A DNA stretch of 64,000 nt from Octopus vulgaris (lineage: Eukaryota): NCBI GenBank assembly GCA_951406725.2, contig OX597814.1, forward strand, positions 33,852,001-33,916,000, read 5' to 3'. A model generated the notes under the pieces. It was not told the origin of the DNA. It searched no databases and saw only the letters and a list, made by a program, of their open reading frames with translations. Shown in pieces: positions 37,301 through 50,800 of this stretch (position 1 is its first letter; every line of letters starts with the position of its first letter). A program made the translations under genes and the position numbers.

Positions 37301-40300
37301 TCGTAGACATTTTTAGAGAGTTACTTCCCTTATATAATAGCGAAAAAAATGCATTAAAATGGAAAAAAATTATGGTAAATTTTTTTTTAAATCGTAGACT
37401 CATCGTAGACGTGCGCTAATACCCAAAAGGGCTCGATATGAATCACGACTATAAGATACCCAGTTTTGGTTAAACTGCACCACAAAATGTGGGAGTAGTT
37501 AGGAATCTAAATCGTAGGAAACAGACACACAACTTCACTTTTATATATAAAGATAGTGTTTAGGTGCCTTGCATATCATCAGATAAGGGTAAAAGACAGA
37601 AAACAGCATTAACCCATCAGCATAAAAACCAGCTATATCTGACCTCTCACACCTACCCTACAATTGTGGAGGGTACCTGTGGAAGGGGTAGACCCAGGAA
37701 GATATGGAATGAAGTAGTGAAAAAGGATCTTTGGATGCTGGGCCTCACTGAGGAAAATGACAAGGGGACAGGAGATGTCGTGATTTGCTGTACTTGATAA
37801 GATGCATCATGCAGGTTTGTCATTCAGGTGTATTAGCGCGCGTCTACGATGAGTCTACGATAAAAAAAAAAAATTTACCATCAATTTTTCCCATTTTTAA
37901 TGCATTTTTGGCATATATAAGGGAAGTAACTCTCTAAAAATTTATTAAATCTCAGAACGTAAATAGCTACAGTAACACCCCACCCTTTGTGGTTAGCCAT
38001 ATTGAGATGGCTATTATACTTTACATCTCTAAAAATGCTTATATAGTAATTTCCCTTATTAACCCGAGCAACGCCGGGCGATACTGCTAGTATCTGATAA
38101 AAATGTTATACTGGTTATTATAACACATTCAAAAACTTGACAAAGCAGAAAGCCTTAGAGGCTCTTTCAATATAATTACAGAAATGTCATTCCAGTCCTT
38201 ATAACCAGTTTGAAGATAATGCTTCTTTAATAGTCCTAGCATTACCTTCAAAATCAGCAAGTTTCACTGCTGAGCAGAAGTTGCTACTTGTATTCATATA
38301 TCGCCAACCCTACCTGGCTGGCATCTGCTCAAGCACAACTAACTTATGCCACAGCGATAAATTAGTTCTGCCATGTCTCAGGTGTATGCAGAGAACACAG
38401 GTTAAAACAGAAAAAAGGAACAAGCAAAAAATCAAAAACATAAAGCGAAAAAGAATATAAGGTGGGTTAAGAGTAATAGTGGTGGATTGTGGGAAGTGTC
38501 AACTTTTTGAAGGATAGTGTCTTGATAGTTAACGACTGATCGGAGTAGTTCCAGGTTTCAACAATTCCAAATATAAAAAGACGTTTCCGAAAGTCAAGCA
38601 TTGTGCTGCTTTTTGATTTTATAAGCATGGCTGTGGGATGTAGTGACACTAAATTCAAAATAAGGCAGCAAGCTGGCAGAAACGTTAGCATGCCGGGCGA
38701 AATGCTTTGCGGTATTTCGTCCGCCCGTGTTGCGTTCTGAGTTCAAATTCCGCCGAGGTCGACTTTGCTTTTCATCCTTTCGGGGTCGATAAATTAAATA
38801 CCAGTTACGCACTGGGGTCGATGTAATCGACTTAATCCGTTTGTTTGTCCCCTCTGTGTTTAGCCCCTTGTGGGTAGTAAAGAAATATAAATTCAAAATG
38901 ATAGTGAAAAAAAAAAAGATTAAGTTTCTCTTCTCAAGTCATGCCAACTAATAAGGGCTGGTTTCCAGGGCGGATATATTCCCCACCTGGATGGGACGCC
39001 AGTCCATCGCAGAATACTCATTTTTGCCAACTGAGTGGACTGGAGCAACGTGAAATGAAGTGTTTTGCTCAAGAACACAGCATGTCACCAGGCCCAGGAA
39101 TTGAAACCACAATCTTACGATCATGAGTTCAACACCCTATAACCACTAAGCCAGGCACCTATGATGGTAGAAAGATGGTATATACACTTGTGGGTCTCTA
39201 CCCAGTGAATTGCAAGCTGCTAAAAAAACTTCAGTTTGTCAAAGCTCAGAAAGGCAAGATATACAAGATATCCGAAGTGGCTGACAGACTGTTTGTTTGG
39301 TTGCAAATTTCCGGATAGTTGTTTGAGAGTTTTAGTAGAATCTGATGCATGTAAAGAATTTTAATGTTATCAAATACTAAGTGGGGAACCTAGAGGTACT
39401 CTAACTCAATTATGTCCACCTTCAGTCTTCTTTGATACCTCATTGTACATTTTGTCATACATTGTGATTCTATGCTATGCAGCTGCTATCATAGATCTTA
39501 CTAACTGCACAAAGGGTGCTCCACTTTCTTGCCGGATTTTCTACCCACAAAAAAAAAAGCAAAAAAACAAAGCAAAGAACTTTACACAGTACATACCTAG
39601 AATGGAGTATGTCCCTTCAATGGACATGTTGAAGGGTTTATCAAGATCTCTCTCAGGTGTTGGTAAATAAGAATCAACGGCATCAAGTAGTTCTTTAACT
39701 TTATTAGCTCCAATTTCAGGAGATTTGCCCTATAATAAGACAAACTCAGTTTAAAACATTACAATAAATAATGAATCAATGAGAGAGCCTGTATATGGCC
39801 ATTCAACTTGCTAGAAACAGCAACCAAATATCTCTTAAATGATCCCTTCCTGCTACCACCATCCACTTTTCTATGCTTGCTTGCATGGATCAGATGGAAT
39901 TAAATGAGAGATTTTCTACAGCTAAATTCTCTACCTGTCATCCACCTTCACCTGTTTCCATATCGGGTATTTCCCTATAGCCAGTCATGTTTCATACAAG
40001 ACTGGAAATGAAGGACACTTGTCTGAAACGAATGTATGATGTCGAGACAAGGTGACATGAACACGCACACATACATATTTCTGTTTCATATCATCAACAA
40101 CATTTAACACCTGTTTTCTATGCTGGTATGGGTTAGATGACTTGACAGAAGCTGGTAAGGCCAGAGGCTGCACCAGGCTCCATTGTCTGTTTTGACATGG
40201 TTTCTCAAGCTGGATGCCCTTCCTAATGTCAACCATTTTACCGAGTGTACTGGGTGCTTTTTACACAGCACCAGCACTGACAGGGTCACCAACACACACA

Positions 40301-41855
40301 CACAACAGGCCTCTTTCAGTTTTTGCTTACCAGAACAACTCACAAAGCTTCAGTCAGCCCAGAGATATAACATAAAAGACATGCCCCAAGTGCAATGCAG
40401 AAGGGTACTGAGGCTGAAGCCACAATGTTGGGAAGTAAACTTCTTTTATTCATTATATTGGCTATAAAGGCCTTACGCAGAAGGGAAGCTACGGGCTGGA
40501 CATAGACATAATGTTATGAAATGACAAATGAAAATGATGATAAATGAGGGCAACAAGCAATGCCTGCCGATCGCTGCTTACCCGAGGACATTGCTCTTTT
40601 ATATTACATTCACGAGGCTACAAACCTCTTACATTTTTCACAATTCAATACAAAATTCATTTACGAGGCAACAAGTAAAATTCTTTACCATGCAGCAATG
40701 ACTGCCTGCAACATACAGCCACTACAGCTGTCACTCAGAACTGAGTATGATTTGATAGTATGTACCATGCTTTTGCTAACTGCTTTAGGTGCTCATGTAG
40801 CTACTGGGCAGAGACACAACCTTTCAGCCCTCCTACTCTTGACCCTGTGGAACATTGAAGATGTGACAGCTAGAGGGTGGAAAAGTTTTTATGGTACTTC
40901 GTTGATCTACATTTCAACATGAGCAATGTGAAACAAAGTGTCTTATAATCATCATCATCATTTAATGTCCGCTTTCCATGCTGGCACAGGTTGGATGGTT
41001 TGACAGGAACTGTCTAGGCAGAAGATGGCACCAGGTGTCAGTGTCTGTTTTGGCACGGCTTTTTACAGCTGGATGCCTTTCCAAACACCAACCACCCTGC
41101 AGAATGGACTGAGTGCTTTTTTACACACCAGTACAGGTGAGGTCAGTTTTGGCATGGCTTTTTACAGCTGGATGCCCTTCCAAACACCAACCACCCTGGA
41201 GAATGGACTGAGTGCTTTTTTACACACCAGTACAGGTGAGGTCAGTTTTGGCATGGCTTTTTACAGCTGGATGCCCTTCCAAACACCAACCACCCTGGAG
41301 AATGGACTGAGTGCTTTTTTACACACCAGTACAGGTGAGGTCAGTTTTGGCATGGCTTTTTACAGCTGGATGCCCTTCCAAACACCAACCACCCTGCAGA
41401 ATGGACTGAATGCTTTTTTATGCACCAGCACAGGTGAAGTCAGTTTCAGCATGGTTTTTACAGCTGGATGCCCTTCCAAATGCCAACCACTATAATAATA
41501 TAATAAAATCCATATAAAAAATGATACAAAAATGCTATCCTGTTTGATATACCCACAATGTAATATAAAATAGAGAGCAGATAGAAACTGAAGGTACACA
41601 GGAATGTTATGAATACAAACCTACCTCAATGGTAGAAAGAGCAGAACCAGTTATTACGGGAGTTTCATCACCATCAAATCCGAATTCACTCAGTAATTCA
41701 CGAACTTCCATCTCTACCTACAGGTGTAGAAGGAAAACAACTACATAAATAAAAAAAAAACTAAAGAATCATGGTGACAGAAATTACTGGATAATCTTTT
41801 GACAGGTGTTGAACAGCAAATTAAACAAATATCAAAGGGTTAAATATTGACAGAG

Positions 41856-41887
<32 letters not shown>

Positions 41888-44800
41888 CATGCATGAAAGA
41901 AATAATAATAATAATAATAATAATAATTGTGTACAGTGCTCAGGTGCACTACAACTCATCTAAAGTGTATATATAATCAGGTGAAGTTTCGGCGGATTTC
42001 GGAAAGCATGAGGGCCTTAAAAGATGCAGTGTCATGGCAGTCAACAACTGACGCAGGCAGTTTATTCCATGCTTCAGCAACTCTGAGCGTGAAAAATGTT
42101 TCCGAAAGTCATGGGAGCTGTATTGTTTTCTGACTTTGTAGGCATGTCCACGTGTGTTAGACACATGGAGATCAAAAAGGTGTTCAGTGTTGTTGTTGGT
42201 GAGGTGGTTGATAACTTTGTGGGTGTTTACCAAGTCCGTCGCCAAACGCCGGAGCTTCAGTGAATCCATGCCCAGGGAAACAAGGCGCTCAGAATAGAGG
42301 AGAGACTGAGCTGGAGATTTGACTGCTATTTCTTGTAGGTTGAGCAACAGTTTCCCCTGACAGGCTTGATCGTGAGCATGTTTACCTGAATGATTAAATG
42401 TCTTTCTTATCATAGACAGCTGAGATGGGTTAGACGACTTGAAAGAAGCTGGTAAGGCCAGAGGCTGCACCAGGCTCCATTATCTGTTTTGGCATGGTTT
42501 CTCTGGTTGGATGCCCTTCCTAATGTCAACCACTCTACAGAGTGTGCTGGGTGCATTTACGTGGCACCAGCACTGAGAGGGCCACCAACATATACACACA
42601 CAAACAGGCAGATAAGACACATGAATATACCTTAACACTCACAAAGCTTTAGTTGGCCTAGCACTATAGAAGATAATTGCTCAAGGTGCAGTGCAATGGG
42701 ACTGAAACGAAGACCACATGGTTGAGAAGCAAGCTTCTTAACCACAAGCCCATGCCTGCCTACTAACACACCTGATTTTCTTTTTCTTATTACTTCTATC
42801 AGAATATTATGGCATCAGTTGATAGGATGCTAGGTAACAAGTGGGAGGTTAGCAGATCATAGCTTGTCTCTCATACTGTGCCACATAAACAAAATACTTA
42901 ATTTTTGACTGACTCAGTCACTGAGTCAATCAGATGTTGTTACCCATCACTGGTCACAATGCACTTTTGCATAGTTTTAGCCTTCAAATAACACCACCCT
43001 GCTGGCTAAGTGAGCAGGCCATCAATCCCCATTGATCAAAAGGGGGACTGGAGCAATGTGAAATGAAGTGTTTTGCTCAAAAACACAATGCATTGCCCAG
43101 TCAGGGAACTGAACCCAGGATCTAGTGATTGTGAGTGCAATAGCCTAACCACTGGGCCATGCGCTTTGCATGTAGGGCTGTTAAACCAAAGCTGATTTGC
43201 ATATAACAACACAACCAACAAGAGGGAGTCTCTATGCAGTTGAAAAACCTGCTTGAAATAGCAGCCAAATTTTACTCCCACCCCCACAAAATATATTAGT
43301 AAATATAATATTAGAAATACAAAGAAATGGGGTGGTTTCATCCAGAATGGCTTTGGTCAAGGCTGATTAAGAGCAAAACCACAAAAGCAACATGAATATA
43401 TTTCAAAAAAATACTTACTAATTCCAACATTTCTTCATCTGCGGCATCAGCTTTGTTGATGAAGACAACCAGTTTGGTAATGCCAATCTGAAAGATTTAA
43501 GATAATTTTATCATTAAACTAAGATCATCACTAGTTAAAATGTTTTAAACAACACACACACACACAATTCTCATTGTCGTTGCTGTCATCATCATTTTTA
43601 TCATGCTGTCATGGGTTAGATGAGACTTCTTAAGGAAGATGGATGCTCCTTCTGATGCAGATCCTTATTTGTTTTCAAGTAAAAGTAAATTATTCCAAGT
43701 TGAGAAGAGGAGGATGAAAGAGAGTATAGAACTGTGAAGAAATAGTCAGGACAGAGTGCCGAGGAAAGAAGTGAAAGAATATATTTAAATAAAAAACTGG
43801 ATTAATCCCACCCCCACAAAAAACCCCAATTGATTATGTCTAATAGGTGTCTCTTATAATAATCTTTATAGTTTTAATAGATTGGTGTAATGGAAAAGCA
43901 GAATTAAATTAATGGAAAAACAGAATAAAATATAAAAATTGCTACAAAAGATACATGCACACACAAACACAAACCTGAGCTACTAACCTGTTTGGCCAAA
44001 AGCAAATGTTCCCGTGTCTGCGGCATAGTACCATCTGTGGCAGCGACTACAAGGATAGCACCATCCATCTGAGCTGTGCCAGTTATCATGTTCTGTGGAA
44101 GAGGATTAGAAAAAAAAATGAACCAAACATTTGTGAGATATATGGCAATATGTAGGATTATACAATATGGCAATTATATACAAAATATAGCTACAACAAC
44201 ATAATCATTTAACGTCCGCCTTCCATGCTAGCATGGGTGGGACGGTTTCACAAGAGCCTGCACCAGGCGGTGAGCTGGCAGAAACGTTAGCACGCTGGGC
44301 GAAATGCTTAGCGGTATTTTGTCTGCTGCTACGTTCTGAGTTCAAATTCTGCTGAGGTCGACTTTGCCTTTCATCCTTTCGGGGGTTGATTAAATAAGTA
44401 CCAGTTATGCACTGGGGTCAATATAATTGATTTAATCCATTTGTCTGTCCTTGTTTGTCCCCTCTGTATTGAGCCCCTTGTGGGTAGTAAAGAAATAGGT
44501 ATTTCGTCTGTCTTCATGTTCTGAGTTCAAATTCCGCCAAGGTCGACTTTGCCTTTCATCCTTTCGGGGACGATAAATTAAGTACCAGTTACGCACTAGG
44601 GTCGATGTAATCAACTTAATCCCTTTGTTTGTCTCCTCTATGTTTAGCCCCTTGTGGGCAACAAAGAAATAAGAAGCCTGTACCAGACTTCTGTGACTGT
44701 TTTGGCAGGTTCTTTACAGCTGGATGCCCTTCCTAACACAGACCATTCAGTAGAGTGGACTTCGTGCTTTTTACATGGCACAAGCACAGGCGATGTCAGT

Positions 44801-47800
44801 TTTGGCAAGTTTTTGGATGCCTTTTTGAACACAAACCACTTTACAGTGTGAACTGAGTGCATTTAAGTGGCACCTGCATTGATAGGGTCATCAAGTACTT
44901 GCAAGACAAAAAAAAAGTTTATTAATTTAACTATTTAAAAAATTTCATCTTTTATTTTTATTAAAGTTATTCAATTTTCTTTGACATAATTAGGCAAAGA
45001 GTTGTGCCCATAACATTTTTCAAGGCAGGAGTCCTGACTCAGTTGCTAGCAACAGTTTGAACAATGCAAAAGGCAACCAAAGGCCAGGTGGTAGTGTTAA
45101 ACAGAGTGATAGATCAAGAACAGTAAAAGTTTCAAATGGACTTCTATATTAAACATTAAATGCAGTAGATTTGGCTTTAGGTCTGTACATGCAGGACTGA
45201 TCTGGCGCCCGAAGTTATAATCCTCACCAAGCTACATAACTCTGCTAGCTATAGCTTGGCAGACATGACAAAAACAAACTCTATCCATAATTCATACAGG
45301 ACAACAATTACATCATCATCGTTTAACGTCCATTTTCCGCGCTAGCACGGGTTGGACGGTTCGACCGAGGTCTGGGAAGCCAGGGCTGCTCCAGGCTCCA
45401 GTCTGATCTGGCAGTGTTTCTACAGCTGGATGCCCTTCCTAACGCCAACCACTCCGCGAGTGTAGTGGGTGCTTTTTACGTGCCACCTGCACAGGTGCCA
45501 GGGGTGTCTGGCATCGGCCACGATCGGTTGGTGCTTTTAACATGCCACCAGCACGGAAGCCAGCCAAGGCAGCGCTGGCATCGGCCACGTTCGGATGGTG
45601 CTTTTTATGTGTCACTGGCACAGAAGCCATTCGAGGCGGAATAATAAAAAAAAAATGATAAGTTGATTTGTAACAGCTGTCATAGAGTAAACTATATGCT
45701 TACCTTGATATAATCTGCATGGCCAGGACAATCAACATGACCGTAGTGACGGTTTTCTGTTTGGTATTCTATACAGGCTGCGTTAATGGTGATTCCTCGA
45801 GACTTCTCTTCAGGTGCATTATCAATTTCCTCATATTTCTTGAAAATAGCATTTTTGTCAACGGAAAGAACTAGAATATATTAAAAAAAGAAAAGAAAAT
45901 ACAGTTGTTTTTGATATGTGATAATGTTTATCATTTAAGAAAAATTAGGGTTCAGTGTACAGGACCCAAGATATCACTTTTTTCTTATACTGGGGGGAAG
46001 CACTCCGTCGGTTACGACGATGAGGGTTCCGGTCGATCCGATCAATGGAACAGCCTGCTCGTGAAATTAACGTGTAAGTGGCTGAGCACTCCACAGACAC
46101 GTGTACCCTTAACGTAGTTCTCGGGGATATTCAGCGTGACACAGAGAGTGACAAGGCCGGCCCTTTGAAATACAGGTACAACAGAAACAGGAAGTAAGAG
46201 TGAGAGAAAGTTGTGGTGAAAGAGTACAGCAGGGATCACCACCATCCCTGCCAGAGCCTCGTGGAGCTTTTTAGGTGTTTTCGCTCAATAAACACTCACA
46301 ACGCCCGGTCTGGGAATCGAAACCGCAATCCTACGACCGCGAGTCCGCTGCCCTAACCACTGGGCCATTGCGCCTCCACATTCTTATACTAAAGCAACTG
46401 AAACTACTACTGTTTTTAAAATACATAGCTGCCTGTTTCAAAGAGTTCATATTTAAGTTAAAACCCCATCATCATAATTTTATTTGAGGAATTTTTAAAC
46501 AAGAGTGCTTATCTGCACCAAAACCCAATAGCAGAATTTCTCTCATGGTGACAACTGCAGTATTGTGTGTTCTAGCATAACATAACTTTTTTAAGTGAGG
46601 ATAAACATTACACAATGATAAAGCTATTTAACTAAATCCCTCCAAACGCTTGATTATTTTCAAAATTAATTGAAGCATAAAGATAGTGTATTTGGCATAT
46701 GGCTACAAAAAGGTTAGGTTAGCAATCAAAGCAGATGTAGTTGTATTGTTCTTTGTGGTCCTCCTGAGGTCCAGTGAACTGGTGCCCATCTTTGTATACA
46801 ACATGAATGACAAGCCACAAACCAGTGGTTTCTTACTGTCTGTAAATCACACGTGGCTGTTGCCAGTGCCACCCTGACTGGCTTCCGTCCCGGTGGCACG
46901 TAAAAAGCACCATCCGATCGTGGCCGTTGCCAGCCTCGCCTGGCCTCCGTGCCGGTGGCACGTAAAAAGCACCATCCGACCGTGGCCGTTTGCCAGACTT
47001 GTCTGGCACCTGTGCAGGTGGCACGTAAAAAGCACCCACTACACTCATGGAGTGGTTGGCGTTAGGAAGGGCATCCAGCCGTAGAAACATTGCCAGATCA
47101 GACTGGGCCTGGTGCAGCCTTCTGGCTTCCCAGACCCCAGTTGCACCGTCCAACCCATGCCAGCATGGAAAGCGGATGCTAAACGATGATGATGATGATA
47201 TCATTAAATACTTCAATCATGTCTGACACAAGAACCTCCCAGCTACATTACTTGTTAAATGAATTCCATCCATCTAACAAAGTGGATATTTCCCATCAGG
47301 TCCTGCCTTCCATTACAATATATGTTGATAGATTATACAGTCATCATAATCTAATGTCCATATTTCCATGCTTGCATGGGTCAGACGGAATTTATTGAGA
47401 CAGATTTTTTTACAGCTGGATGCCTTTTCTGTCACCAGCCCTTACCTACTCCCAAGTAAGGTAATATTTACCCCTGGCCAGATATGTTCTTCACAGAAGA
47501 GTGGAAACAGATAACATTGATTGTATAATGGTGATGCTCATTTACAAACAATATGTAAGGTCAAGACAAAGGCACACAAAAAAACACACACGATGGGCTT
47601 GTTTCAATGTCTGTCAACCAAATTCACGCATGAGGTTTTAGCCAGCTCTGGGCTACAGTAGAGAACACTTGCTCAAGGCTCTGTACAGCAGGACTGAACT
47701 CAAAACCACATTGTTAAGCAAGCTTACCAAAATCTTACAACTTAAAATATAATATTTGCTATATACATTATATGAAAAAAAAGAATGAGACCAGTGCTCT

Positions 47801-50800
47801 TTTACTTGTTTCAGTCATTTGACTGCGGCCATGCCAGAGCACCGCCTTTAGTCAAGCAAATCGACCCTGGGACTTATTCTTCGTAAGCCTACTACTTATT
47901 CTATTGGTCTCTTTTGCCGAACCGCTAAGTTACGGGGGACATAAACACACCAGCATTGGTTGTCAAGCAATGCCGGGACAGGGACAAACAGACACACACA
48001 TATATATATATATATATATACATATATACGACGGGCTTCTTTGTTTCTGTCTACCAAATCCACTCACAAGGCTTTGGTTGGCCCGAGGCTATAGTAGAAG
48101 ACACTCGCCCAAGGTGCCATGCAGTGGGATTGAACCTGGAACCAAGTGGTTGTTAGGCAAGCTACTTACCACACAGCCATACCTGTACCTGTGCAGAAAA
48201 AAAAAAGAGAATGAATATAGAAATTTTTGGTTTATCTTACCTTTAGTAATGGCTGCAGTAAGAGTAGTTTTCCCATGATCAACATGACCAATTGTGCCAA
48301 TATTCATGTGAGGTTTTGATCGAACAAATGTTTTTTTCTGACTCACAGGTTGAGCAAAGAAGCGAGCCGTCTGAGAGAACCATCGTTCATTCTGAAACAG
48401 AACAGAAACAAATTAAAAAACGAACAGGCATCAAAGTATGCATAGAGTTTGTAGAGCACAGACAAAATACCTTGCAGTATTGACACATCATTTTAAAAAT
48501 TCTGAGTTAAAATCCTGTTGGACATCAATTTTTATCCCTCTGAGCCTATTGCTACTGTTTAACTCCAGGTCAAATTCGACTGATCAGAAGCTATGATCAA
48601 AATTATTCCCACCAGCCATAACCATCTCTTTATAAGGAATCATTCATTATCATTTTGAAATCCACTTTTCCATGCTCGCATGATTGAATGGGGTTTGTTG
48701 AGATGAATTTGCTACAGCTGCATGCCCTTCCTGTTGCCATCCTTCACTTGTTTCCAAAAAATATAATAATTCCCCATGACCAGACACGTTCTCATTATCT
48801 CATAGCTTTGAGATTTTGAAGATGTGATTGTATACTTTTAAAATGATGTTGTAGGGTAGTTGTGAGAAGTCAGATCTGGCCAGTTTGAACACAGAACAGG
48901 TAAAATATCTGGACAGTTTGAACATAGAACTGGTCAAATATTGGGTTGTCAGGAAAGTTCGTGCCAATTTATAGTAGCTTACCTTTCGACTTATTTTAGA
49001 ACATAGTTGAGTCCATAAAATAGGATTTGACTACATCTCGATTTAGAGTACAGTTTAAGCTATCTTTTTTTGGAAGTAGGTTTATGTTCCTATAACCTGT
49101 GTTAATTCTGTAACCCTTTAAAATGGAAGATAAGAAAGTTCATTTTCAGCACTTGATGCTTTGGGAACCAGACAAAAATTGCTGCAGCTCGGCTGGGATG
49201 TGTTACCCCACCCTCCATATTCACTAGATATTGCTCCTTCGGATTTCCACTTATTCAGGTCTCTGCAGAATAGTCTTAATGGTAAAAATTTCAATTCCTT
49301 GGATGACATAAAAAGATACCTTAAGGAATTTTTTGCCATGAAACCACCTCAATTCTGGGAAGAGGGCATTTTCACATGAAAGGAAAAATGGAGACGCATT
49401 GTGCAACAAAATAGTTCATATTTGGTTGATTAAAAATGTAATGGCAAGTATTTATTGATCATTTTCTTTCCTTTAAAAATCAGCACAACCTTTCCGGACA
49501 ACCTAATATTTGGGCCAGATGGCTGGTTTAAATGCCAAAGGGTTGAGACAGTAAGGTGTGATTTGAGGGAGATTTGGCAGCCCAGTTGTTTTATATGTGG
49601 TGAAATGTAAAAATGTGATACAGTGCACCATATACAATAAAAATATCACACGTAAACAAATAATAAATTGTGTTGTGCAGTGCTTGGTGTAGGGTGGTGA
49701 AAAATCATCATCATTTAATGTCCATTTTCCATGCTGGCATGGGTTGAACAGTTTGTCAGGATCTGATGAGACCAAGGACTACATAATGCTCCAGTGTCTA
49801 CTTTGGCATGGTTTCTATGGCTGGATGCTTTTCTTTTGTATCACCAGCACCAGTGAGGATGACATATTGTATGGTGTAATGTGGAGAAATTACTACATGT
49901 AACCAATTGTATTAAATAGTATACAGGGTTAGGATTGTATATTTAAAATATTTTTTACTAATATTAATTAGAATTATCAAAATTATTTATAAAAGATACT
50001 GACCTGAGATTGTGCAGTAAAGCATTTTGCTGAGGGAAGATAGGTAGACTTAAAGGAGCCTAAAATATATAAAATAAAATTAAATATGAATAAACAAAGT
50101 TTGTTTAAATATAGGATCTTAAATATACAACTGTTAAATACAAAAACAAAACAGTATAACTGTTCTTTTCTTTCACTTGGTAGCTATTCAAAGATGACAT
50201 CATTCTCATATTTGAAATCTGTCTTAGAATTTATTCTCATTCATCATTATTTGATTAATCCTATACCATTTAAACTGGCCCTATCCAGCCAAAATATCCT
50301 AGCTGTTTTATGTTCAAACGACCCAGATCTGGTATCACACACCAACCCTACAATGTCATTCTAAAAATTAAGTTACCCCATCAAAAGCTAAAAGCTAGAA
50401 GATAATGCATAATTAATTCAAAACAGTGTAAATAAATAAGCATTACAGTTGACAAGTGAAGGCGCGTGGCTTAGTGGTTAGGGCATTCAACTGACGATTG
50501 TAAGGTCGTGAGTTTGATTCCCGGCGATGCGTTGTGTCCTTGAGCAAGACACTTTATTTCACGTTGCTCCAGTTCACTCAGCTGGCAAAAATGAGTTGTA
50601 CCTGTATTTCAAAGGGCCGGCCTTGTCACACTCTGTGTCATGCTGAATCTCCCTGAGAATTACGTTAGGGGTACGCGTGTCTGTGGATTGCTCAGTCACT
50701 TGCACGTTAATTTCACGAGCAAGCTGTTCCGTTGATCGTATCAGCTGGGACCCTCATCGTCGTAACCGACGGAGTGCTCCTATCCTATCCTATCCTATCC

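Noticed and set aside
37158-38090. Single cut-and-paste transposon with 65-bp TIRs
   Set aside because: Each end is a Helitron 3' terminus (hairpin + CTAG|T), and one copy has its own A|TC 5' end at 37553
41025-41495. 156-aa repetitive ORF / CRISPR-like periodic array
   Set aside because: Whole 99-bp units repeat with no unique spacers, they derive from a SINE core, there are no cas genes, and the frame stays open only because 99 is divisible by 3
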